A stretch of 27,263 nucleotides of DNA from Mycoplasmatota bacterium (GTDB lineage: Bacteria; Bacillota_I; Bacilli_A; RF39; UBA660), in assembly GCA_012512795.1 (NCBI GenBank), contig JAAZDL010000138.1, forward strand, positions 1-27,263. The letters run 5' to 3'. A model generated the notes under the pieces. The model searched no databases, had not been told where the DNA came from, and worked only from the letters and a program-made list of their open reading frames with translations. A program made the translations under genes and the position numbers. This document shows positions 9,650 through 17,099 of this stretch, piece by piece; within the stretch, counting starts at the first letter, position 1, and every line of letters starts with the position of its first letter.

Positions 9650-9715
9650 AATATCCTCCATATTATAATTAGTTTTATATATACAATATTATATCATATT
9701 ATAAGTATAAGTTAA

Positions 9716-10342
9716 TTATCTTATAAATTTATTATAAACTTTCTGTGTACTATAATAGAAATAATTTAACAAAAGTAATAGTATAATTATTGCTATTCCA
9801 AATATAATACTACTTATTTGAAAAAACAAATTATAGCCAAACATAATAATTATTAAAATAGTAATAATATAGTTTTGGCGTGCATAAAAATTAACTAAAG
9901 ATATAGTCATTAGTGTAATAAGCGTTATATTAATAATACCTAATATAATATAATTTAAACTTAATGCTTGTTTAAAGATTATACATATTACCACTAATAA
10001 TAAGGCTTTAATTAAAATATTATATATAAGTATAGCAAGGATTTTTTTAAATAAATATTTATTACTTTTTTCTCTTAGTAGCATAAATTCAGCATTTCTA
10101 TAAAAATCATAAAAATAAAAACTTATGGTTGAATAAATGACCGTAACAATTCCAATGACTTTTATTAAGTCTCTTATTTGATCATAAAACACTATTTTAT
10201 TTAAACCTAAAACTAAAAGATGACAATCTGCCGCTTTAAAATCAATAGTTAAATATACTAATATTAATATAAACCAAAGTATATAAAACTTTAATATTTT
10301 TTTAAAAAATAAATTTTTAAACAATAATAAATTATATTTCAT
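9716..10342 (-). CDS. Multi-pass membrane protein (putative ABC accessory/permease)
   Basis: About 6 hydrophobic segments; abuts the upstream gene in the operon. Confidence 0.75.
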   Translation of the reverse strand: MKYNLLLFKNLFFKKILKFYILWFILILVYLTIDFKAADCHLLVLGLNKIVFYDQIRDLIKVIGIVTVIYSTISFYFYDFYRNAEFMLLREKSNKYLFKKILAILIYNILIKALLLVVICIIFKQALSLNYIILGIINITLITLMTISLVNFYARQNYIITILIIIMFGYNLFFQISSIIFGIAIIILLLLLNYFYYSTQKVYNKFIR

Positions 10343-11077
10343 TTAATCCTCTATATATATTTTCTTATATTTTAAAATTAGATATTTAGTTAACTCAACT
10401 ATTGATAATAATATAATAACTTGTAATGTAAAAGCAAAAATATCTAGAAATATTGTATTATAATTTATTCTAAGAAAGTAATACCCATAAAATAAATGAA
10501 TTTTACTAAATGAATCAACAATCGCTGTTGTATAAGACCATCCATACTTAACTAACTCAATTAAAAGCAAAAATATAACTCCTACTTTTTTGCCAAAACT
10601 CTTAGATAGTAGAATACCTATATATAATATTAATAAAGTCATAACAAAAACTTTAAATATATCATATAATGTTAGTAAAAAATAAATAATTTCCTTAGCA
10701 TTAGTCAAAATAGGATAACCATGCAATAAAAAGTACGAAAAAGTAAATAAAAATAATATAAACGTGAATGTACAAAAAAATAATATTAAATTTCTAAAAC
10801 AAAACTTTAATAATTTTTCGATATATTCTTTCTTATTATTATATCTTAAAAAATACATTTGATTTTTGTCATAATATTGCATTAAATCAAATGTGTAAGC
10901 TGCATATATCAAATATGAAAGTATTGGAAAGATTAAACCAAAAAATATATATGAAAAAGACTCAAAAAAAGTAAGATCTGCTGGTATTTCATGAATAGCA
11001 AAAATACAAGTAACTATAATTAATATTATGTATTTACGAAATTTCTTTTTATAAAATGTAAAAGAATCATTTTTCAT
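10343..11077 (-). CDS. Multi-pass membrane protein (putative ABC permease)
   Basis: About 6 TM segments; ATGA overlap with the ATPase stop. Confidence 0.8.
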   Translation of the reverse strand: MKNDSFTFYKKKFRKYIILIIVTCIFAIHEIPADLTFFESFSYIFFGLIFPILSYLIYAAYTFDLMQYYDKNQMYFLRYNNKKEYIEKLLKFCFRNLILFFCTFTFILFLFTFSYFLLHGYPILTNAKEIIYFLLTLYDIFKVFVMTLLILYIGILLSKSFGKKVGVIFLLLIELVKYGWSYTTAIVDSFSKIHLFYGYYFLRINYNTIFLDIFAFTLQVIILLSIVELTKYLILKYKKIYIED

Positions 11078-11706
11078 TTTTTTAATAATACTCCAGCTTC
11101 AAATTCATATACTTCATCAGCTAATTCAGTTATATCTTCCTTTATATGACTAGTTATTATAATTATTCTATCTTTATTTTTTAATCCTTTAATCAATTCT
11201 TTTATTTTTTTAACTGATGCTTCTTCTATACCATTAAACGGTTCATCTAAGATGATAAAATCTGGATTTTCCATTAGAACTTGAGCTATACCAAGTTTTT
11301 GTTTCATACCATAAGAATACTGCCAATAAGGTCTGTTTTTTTCTTGAATAATATTTACATCTTCCATAGATTTTAATATATCTTCATCAGTAATTTTATT
11401 TTGTACTTTTGCAAGTATCTTTAAATTTTCAAATCCAGTTAAATCACTAATAAAATATGGTGTTTCGATAAAAGCTCTAGTATTTTTAGGAAAGTCATTA
11501 TTTTTAATATAATTATACCCATCTTGCTCTATAGTCCCACTATCTGGAATATAAAATGAACATATCATTTTTAAAAATACACTTTTACCACTTCCGTTTT
11601 TTCCAACTATCCCATAAATTTTACCTGATTCAAAAGTTACAGTTACATCATCTATTACTTTTTGTTTTTTAAAAGATTTATTTACATTCTTAACTTCTAT
11701 TTTCAT
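11074..11706 (-). CDS. ABC transporter ATP-binding protein (drug/peptide-exporter type)
   Basis: GKNGSGKS, YSYGMKQKLG, IILDEPFNG, TSH; ATG 11706 preferred to GTG 11715 on SD position. Confidence 0.93.
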   Translation of the reverse strand: MKIEVKNVNKSFKKQKVIDDVTVTFESGKIYGIVGKNGSGKSVFLKMICSFYIPDSGTIEQDGYNYIKNNDFPKNTRAFIETPYFISDLTGFENLKILAKVQNKITDEDILKSMEDVNIIQEKNRPYWQYSYGMKQKLGIAQVLMENPDFIILDEPFNGIEEASVKKIKELIKGLKNKDRIIIITSHIKEDITELADEVYEFEAGVLLKK

Positions 11707-11711
11707 ATATA

Positions 11712-12638
11712 TCACTCACCTTTCATTATAAACTTTTCTTTGTCTCTATAAGCATATAAAGCTATTCCTAACGAAATAACAAAATATATAATATTAGTTA
11801 TTAAGTAAATATTAGGATCAGTAATACTATGCCATGTATACATCTCTAATAAGTTAACTTGTTCTGACATTATACCCATGTATTTATCTAACTGAACACC
11901 AACTATTACAAAAGTGAAAACCCACCATAAGTAAATAGCCAAAAAACTTTCTATCATTGATATTAAGAAATTCTTATGATTATATCTTAAAACTATTAAA
12001 GTAATATTTACATAAGTAAGTAAATTCAATATAATTACAACAAAATATATAACATAAGGTTTATAATCATTATAAAACATTAAAGTTTCTCGACCTAGAG
12101 AATTAACAAGAACATCTAAAGTAGGATCCATATTAAAATTTGATTTTATTAGTGATGCAATAATAACATAAGCTAGTATTAATAATACAATAACTATATA
12201 CTTATATGATTTTTTAAACAAATCAAAAATATACTGTTTATATTTCTTTCGAAGTAAATAATATTTAATATAATTACTGTTTAATTCAGAAGTTATTGTA
12301 TAGACAAGGGGAAACAAAAAAAGAAGAGGTGCAAAAAAAGGGAAAATCCACATTAACAAGCCTTCCGTCATTACTCTCTCGTACAATAGAAAAAAACTCG
12401 CCGGTTTTCCTTCTCCACTTATAACATATTCGCACTCTTCTATAGAAGGTGAACCATGATATGTCTTATCATATTTTTCTCTTTCTGCATCTGAAAAATT
12501 TAAATATTCAGTGCATTGAGTTATTTCCTCTTCATAATCAATAAACACGGACGTTGAAAGAAAAGAAAAATATAAATTAACACTTACTATGCAAACTAAA
12601 CCTATTATTATATAATATACCATTAACTTTTTTTTCAT
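11712..12638 (-). CDS. ABC permease-like membrane protein with an extracytoplasmic loop
   Basis: TM1, a loop of about 60 aa with two Cys, then 5 more TM segments; GAGG SD. Confidence 0.8.
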   Translation of the reverse strand: MKKKLMVYYIIIGLVCIVSVNLYFSFLSTSVFIDYEEEITQCTEYLNFSDAEREKYDKTYHGSPSIEECEYVISGEGKPASFFLLYERVMTEGLLMWIFPFFAPLLFLFPLVYTITSELNSNYIKYYLLRKKYKQYIFDLFKKSYKYIVIVLLILAYVIIASLIKSNFNMDPTLDVLVNSLGRETLMFYNDYKPYVIYFVVIILNLLTYVNITLIVLRYNHKNFLISMIESFLAIYLWWVFTFVIVGVQLDKYMGIMSEQVNLLEMYTWHSITDPNIYLITNIIYFVISLGIALYAYRDKEKFIMKGE

Positions 12639-12691
12639 TATACCTCGCTACGAAACCTAATAATATTTAAAATTATATTTTAAATATAAAA

Positions 12692-13063
12692 TTAATTATG
12701 TGTCCAAACTCCAGAATGAGTTGATGTACAAGGAGACAGCACATTATTTTTCACTTGCAAATTATATCTTGTACATATTTTAGCAGCTTCAGTAGTCCAA
12801 TTTTTTGTATTTCCTTTAGATAACGTCTTAGTTTCAATTGATTGACCAACACAAGAAATTTTTACCATAATTTCATTTTCATTTCCAGTACAACTATTTA
12901 TATTTCCCGAACTATAATAACTCTGCCCTACTGTTCTATCAAGTTTATATTCGGTACAAAAATTCACATACCCGTTATATACTGATAATTGTATTCCAAC
13001 ATAACCTATCACTGCAGAAGCGCTAGTACTTGCAAAGGATAGAATACCAGTAACTAATAACAC
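12692..13063 (-). CDS. Small secreted Cys-containing protein; 5' end apparently damaged
   Basis: Signal h-region plus ASA cleavage site, 5 Cys, C-terminal SGVWTHN; in-frame AAA AAA ATA TTT GCA (KKIFA) upstream of the GTG is preceded by TAA rather than ATG. Confidence 0.75.
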   Translation of the reverse strand: MLLVTGILSFASTSASAVIGYVGIQLSVYNGYVNFCTEYKLDRTVGQSYYSSGNINSCTGNENEIMVKISCVGQSIETKTLSKGNTKNWTTEAAKICTRYNLQVKNNVLSPCTSTHSGVWTHN

Positions 13064-13101
13064 TGCAAATATTTTTTTTTATATCTTCTATCTCTATTTA
13101 A

Positions 13102-13130
13102 ATCTTACCACTTTTTAATACCAAACACAA
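13102..13130 (-). promoter_or_regulatory. Putative promoter of the secreted-protein/ABC operon
   Basis: TTGTGT-17 nt-TAAGAT with extended TG. Confidence 0.45.
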
Positions 13131-13145
13131 TATATAAACACTACA

Positions 13146-13174
13146 TTTACTTTATACTTAAAATATGCTATAAT
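13146..13174 (+). promoter_or_regulatory. Promoter of the MraZ-like gene
   Basis: TTTACT-17 nt-TATAAT with extended TG. Confidence 0.6.
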
Positions 13175-13199
13175 ATGCCCGTTTAAAGGGGTGTATGTT

Positions 13200-13628
13200 A
13201 TGTTTGCTGATGATATTATATTAGGATATAAAGTATGTAAATTTGACTCTAAAGGTAGACTTTTCTTACCTAAATTTACTTACGCAGAAAAAGATGATGA
13301 AATATGTATCACTAAAGAAAATGATATGTTTTTAGGTCTTTATAATTATAATAAATTAAAAAGTAAGATAAACGGTTTAAAAAAAGAATCATTAACTAGT
13401 AAGAATAAAGAAATAATACAATTAATAGAATCTCAATTAGAAGAAATATATACTAAGTTTATTACTTCTAGTATTGTTGATGCTCAAAGAAGATTACTTA
13501 TTCCTAAAGAAGTGATTTCTTCGCAGAACTTATCGGAATATATTATATTACAAGGTGCTAATGATTATGCTAGAGTATTTAGTGATGAAAAATCTTATAA
13601 TGAATATGTTAAAAAGTATCGTAAATAA
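13200..13628 (+). CDS. MraZ-like (tandem SpoVT-AbrB) DNA-binding protein, stand-alone
   Basis: Two repeats DSKGRLFLP and DAQRRLLIP, C-terminal LQGANDYARVF, MraZ-like length; ATG 13200 follows AAGGGGTG SD (track start is GTG 13191). Confidence 0.8.
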   Translation: MFADDIILGYKVCKFDSKGRLFLPKFTYAEKDDEICITKENDMFLGLYNYNKLKSKINGLKKESLTSKNKEIIQLIESQLEEIYTKFITSSIVDAQRRLLIPKEVISSQNLSEYIILQGANDYARVFSDEKSYNEYVKKYRK

Positions 13629-13656
13629 AAAATAGTTTTAAATAAACTATTTTTTT
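13627..13656. terminator. Bidirectional intrinsic terminator
   Basis: AAAAAATAGTTT-TAAAT-AAACTATTTTTT between convergent genes. Confidence 0.7.
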
Positions 13657-14194
13657 AATAATTTTTTTCAAGTATTTCAAAATAACTTTGAGGATGATCA
13701 CATACTGGACACATTTTTGGAGCACTATTACCTATATGGACATGCCCACAATTACGACAAATCCATATTTTTTTATCATCTTTTTTAAATACTTCTTCAT
13801 TTTCTATATTTTTTAGTAAGTCTCTATATCTTTCTTCATGTCTTTTTTCTATTTCAGCTACTCCTCTAAATTGATTAGCTAATTTTTTAAATCCTTCTTC
13901 TTCTGCAACTTTAGCAAATTCTGCATACATATCTGTCCATTCATAATTTTCCCCATTAGCTGCATCTAACAAGTTATCAACAGTGCTAGGGACTTCACCA
14001 CCATGAAGTTCTTTAAACCATAACTTAGCATGTTCCTTTTCATTATTAGCTGTCTCTTCAAAGAATGCAGCTATTTGTTCATAACCTTCTTTTTTTGCTT
14101 TACTAGCATAATAATTATATTTATTACGTGCTTCACTTTCTCCAGCAAAAGCAGTTAATAAATTCTTTTCGGTTTTACTACCTTTTAGTTCCAT
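13655..14194 (-). CDS. rbr: Rubrerythrin
   Basis: [26 protein letters not shown] di-iron motifs and C-terminal CRNC...CPVC rubredoxin-like site. Confidence 0.96.
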   Translation of the reverse strand: MELKGSKTEKNLLTAFAGESEARNKYNYYASKAKKEGYEQIAAFFEETANNEKEHAKLWFKELHGGEVPSTVDNLLDAANGENYEWTDMYAEFAKVAEEEGFKKLANQFRGVAEIEKRHEERYRDLLKNIENEEVFKKDDKKIWICRNCGHVHIGNSAPKMCPVCDHPQSYFEILEKNY

Positions 14195-14223
14195 ATAAAT
14201 CCTCCTTCTATTATAATTTTACT

Positions 14224-14454
14224 TTATTCAGACATTATTCTTTTAGCAAATAAATAAGATATTTTTTCTAATTCATTAGCATCTTTAACCGTCTCAACTA
14301 AAGTACCTTTTTCAGTTACTGTTTCTTTTACAATTTGTAATTCATTTTCATCTTCAGAAATTAAGTATAAATATTTTTGATTATCTTCAATTAACTCATC
14401 TACTATTAAAAATGTAGTATTATTTAATTTTATTGTTTCATATTCTTTTTCCAT
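14224..14454 (-). CDS. Small acidic protein, DUF1292-like
   Basis: 76 aa, acidic, KYLYL strand pattern and C-terminal helix; TAATG coupling to the upstream gene. Family call tentative. Confidence 0.6.
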   Translation of the reverse strand: MEKEYETIKLNNTTFLIVDELIEDNQKYLYLISEDENELQIVKETVTEKGTLVETVKDANELEKISYLFAKRIMSE

Positions 14455-14963
14455 TATTTACCTCTTCCATCATAGAATTCTCTTGCTTCTGCAATTTCAG
14501 AAAACTCTGGATCATTTGATAATTCTTCAACTATCTCATGTTTTAATCTTTCGTTTTTATTACATGTTTGACAGTTTTCATCATCACATCTTTTTTCAAT
14601 AAGTATTTTATCACATATCCAGTGTAGCATATCTCCACCATATGCTCTATAACAATATCCTTGTTCATCAACTAATTCTCTAACTTCGTTATCTACATTA
14701 TATGCTTGTTGAATATAATGATCAAATTGTTTTTGATTTTTAAAATCAGATATTTCTTCACTAAAATATGTTGTTACTAAAGCAGTTAAAGATGTTGTTA
14801 AAACAGCTGTTCCTAGTACTGCTGCTAAAAGAACTTTTTTAGCTTTTTCTATATGTTTTTCATGATTAAATCTGCGAGTAGTACCTCTTTCAGGATTATA
14901 AACATAATATTCCTTTTCGTTAATTGATTTTGATGCTCTTTTAGACATATTGTCTTTTGGCAT
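14454..14963 (-). CDS. Hypothetical single-TM protein with a Cys cluster
   Basis: Basic N-terminus, hydrophobic VLLAAVLGTAVLTTSLTALV, C-terminal C-x8-C-x4-CxxC; AAGGAAG SD. Confidence 0.75.
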   Translation of the reverse strand: MPKDNMSKRASKSINEKEYYVYNPERGTTRRFNHEKHIEKAKKVLLAAVLGTAVLTTSLTALVTTYFSEEISDFKNQKQFDHYIQQAYNVDNEVRELVDEQGYCYRAYGGDMLHWICDKILIEKRCDDENCQTCNKNERLKHEIVEELSNDPEFSEIAEAREFYDGRGK

Positions 14964-15030
14964 AATATCACTTCCTTACTAAGTTAAGTATAACATACTA
15001 AATATTATTTTAATATATTTTATCGTTATT

Positions 15031-15060
15031 TTGACATTTACATTACTATTATTGTATACT
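15031..15060 (+). promoter_or_regulatory. Sigma-A promoter of murE
   Basis: TTGACA-18 nt-TATACT; the track's TTG start at 15031 is this -35 box. Confidence 0.7.
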
Positions 15061-15075
15061 TATTATGGTGATAAA

Positions 15076-16455
15076 ATGATAATATATGAATCAGATTCAA
15101 GAGAAGTTTTAAATGGTCAAACTTTCGTAGCTATTAAAGGAGAGACAGTAGATGGACACAATTATATTGGTGAAGCTATTAAAAAAGGTGCTACTAAAAT
15201 AATATGTGAACATGAAATAGATTTTGATATACCTTATGAAATAGTAAGTGATACTAAAGAATATTTAAGTAATGCATTAAAAAATGAATATAGTAAAGAA
15301 CTTAAAGATTTGTTTATAATCGGAGTTACTGGTACTAATGGAAAAACCACTTCATGTTTTTTAATATATCAAATGTTACAAAAACTTAATAAAAAAGTTG
15401 CTTATATTGGAACAATAGGTTTCTATTATCAAGATGATGTAATAGTATTAAATAATACTACACCTGATATTTTAGAATTATATAAACTTTTATTTTATGC
15501 TAAAAGTAAAGGTTGTGACACTATAGTAATGGAAGTTAGTTCACACGGTCTTGCTTTTAATAGACTAAACGGAATAAATATTTCAATAGCTGCATTTACT
15601 AATTTAACTCAAGATCATTTAGAATTTCATAAAAACATGAAAGGTTATTTAGATGCTAAGTTAAAAATAATTGATTTATTAAAAAGAGATGGAACTTTGA
15701 TAGTTAATAATGATGATAAATATAGTAAAGACTTTGCTAAAAGATTTAAAAATGTTAAGTCAATCGGAACAAATGCTGATTACAAAATCATTAATTATGA
15801 TATTAAGCAACATGAAACAAGATTAAAATTTAGTTATGATAATAAAACTTATGATGTGATTATGCCACTTACTAGTAAATTTAATATTTATAATTATTTA
15901 ACTATGCTTTCTATAGTTAATCAAATGGGAGTTAGCATTGACAAAATAATAAAATATACAAATGATATAAAACCACCTAAAGGAAGATGTGAATTATATG
16001 AATTTGATGAAAAGTATATAGTTATTGACTATGCTCATACTCCTGATGCTGTTGAAAAAGTTATAAAAGCATATATAGAACTAAAAGAAAATAAAATTAT
16101 AACTTTATTAGGTTGTGGTGGCGATAGAGATAGTTCAAAAAGACCTGTAATGGGTAAAATTGCAACTGAACTTAGCGATTATGTTATATTTACTAATGAT
16201 AACCCTAGGACTGAAGATCCTGAAAAAATTATGTCTGATATTTTAAAAGGTGTTGAAAAAAACAATTATGATATTGTATATGATAGAGCTAAAGCTATAG
16301 AAAAAGCTATGGAAATAATGAATAAAAAGGATATATTATTAATACTTGGAAAAGGGCATGAAAACTATCAAATTATAGGACATAAAAAGACACATCTTGA
16401 TGATTCTGAAGAAGTACTTAAATTTATATCAAATAACAAAAAAGAGACTTTATAA
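15076..16455 (+). CDS. murE: UDP-N-acetylmuramoyl-L-alanyl-D-glutamate--2,6-diaminopimelate ligase
   Basis: GVTGTNGKTT, MEVSSH, NLTQDHL, DYAHTPD, GCGGDRD, DNPR, GKGHE; start reassigned to ATG 15076 after GGTG SD. Confidence 0.95.
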   Translation: MIIYESDSREVLNGQTFVAIKGETVDGHNYIGEAIKKGATKIICEHEIDFDIPYEIVSDTKEYLSNALKNEYSKELKDLFIIGVTGTNGKTTSCFLIYQMLQKLNKKVAYIGTIGFYYQDDVIVLNNTTPDILELYKLLFYAKSKGCDTIVMEVSSHGLAFNRLNGINISIAAFTNLTQDHLEFHKNMKGYLDAKLKIIDLLKRDGTLIVNNDDKYSKDFAKRFKNVKSIGTNADYKIINYDIKQHETRLKFSYDNKTYDVIMPLTSKFNIYNYLTMLSIVNQMGVSIDKIIKYTNDIKPPKGRCELYEFDEKYIVIDYAHTPDAVEKVIKAYIELKENKIITLLGCGGDRDSSKRPVMGKIATELSDYVIFTNDNPRTEDPEKIMSDILKGVEKNNYDIVYDRAKAIEKAMEIMNKKDILLILGKGHENYQIIGHKKTHLDDSEEVLKFISNNKKETL

Positions 16456-16467
16456 TAAGTCTCTTTT
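16440..16467. terminator. Bidirectional intrinsic terminator
   Basis: AAAAGAGACTT-TATAAT-AAGTCTCTTTT perfect inverted repeat between convergent genes. Confidence 0.85.
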
Positions 16468-16469
16468 AT

Positions 16470-16967
16470 TTACTTTTCTAAAAGTGCATCTACTTTATCT
16501 CTTACATATTTTTTAGTTTCATCATAAGTCATATCTAGAGCTATAGAAAATTCATTATATAAAAGTCTTTCTGCTTTTTTAAAATAAGTAGTATCTTTTT
16601 CAGCAGTTTTTTTGTTATTAGCAAGTCTTTCTTTGTTTCTAGCAAAAGTCGTTTTAATTATTTTTATTAAAGCTTCATGACTCCCATCTGAAAAATGAGT
16701 CTTATAATTTTGTTCCATAATTTTATCATTAGCACTTGTTAACATTTCTATATTTGGTATAGATTTTATTATTTTCTCTACTTCTGTTTTTGATATAATA
16801 TTTCTTATAAAACCATGTTCGTTAGATATAGGCACATTTATTGTTAAAGATTCATCTTCCATAGGAAGTAGTACGTAATATTTTTTATTTGTTTCTTCAT
16901 CTTTTTTTATTTCTTTTATCTTACATACATTTCTTTTGTAAACAATATAATCATTAATTTTAAACAT
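16470..16967 (-). CDS. CarD-like/TRCF-domain transcriptional regulator
   Basis: MFKINDYIVY...VCKIKEI...YYVLLP...INVP N-terminal RID pattern; 165 aa; GAGG SD. Confidence 0.8.
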   Translation of the reverse strand: MFKINDYIVYKRNVCKIKEIKKDEETNKKYYVLLPMEDESLTINVPISNEHGFIRNIISKTEVEKIIKSIPNIEMLTSANDKIMEQNYKTHFSDGSHEALIKIIKTTFARNKERLANNKKTAEKDTTYFKKAERLLYNEFSIALDMTYDETKKYVRDKVDALLEK

Positions 16968-17032
16968 TTCCTCACCTCACAATTACTGTTTATTATTATA
17001 TTAAAGTTTATATAATATGCATCTGTATATAC

Positions 17033-17061
17033 ATTATACCACTTTTTACCTTATTTTATAA
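17033..17061 (-). promoter_or_regulatory. Promoter of the CarD-like gene
   Basis: TTATAA-17 nt-TATAAT with extended TG. Confidence 0.55.
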
Positions 17062-17073
17062 GCCTTACAATAA

Positions 17074-17097
17074 AAAAGAGCGTTTAAATGCTCTTTT
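17074..17097 (-). terminator. Terminator after xfp
   Basis: AAAAGAGC...GCTCTTTT inverted repeat with a T tract on the minus strand. Confidence 0.7.
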
Positions 17098-17099
17098 AA

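Noticed and set aside
12500-12965. CTEY tetrapeptide shared by the secreted protein and the permease loop
   Set aside because: Only four residues, with different codons and no flanking similarity; consistent with chance
7988-14468. Two orphans end in the same DGR(T/G)K* tail, suggesting a C-terminal secretion signal
   Set aside because: Both tails are dictated by the overlapping SD and ATG of the next gene (AAGGAG...GATGG at 8001-8020; GGAAGAGGTAAATAATG at about 14452-14468)
13106-17048. Identical 12-mer TACCACTTTTTA at 13106 and 17037 (AAAGTGG resembles an MraZ box)
   Set aside because: Both copies are the A-rich spacer plus extended -10 (TG) of two promoters; they are single copies, not the tandem array MraZ is known to use
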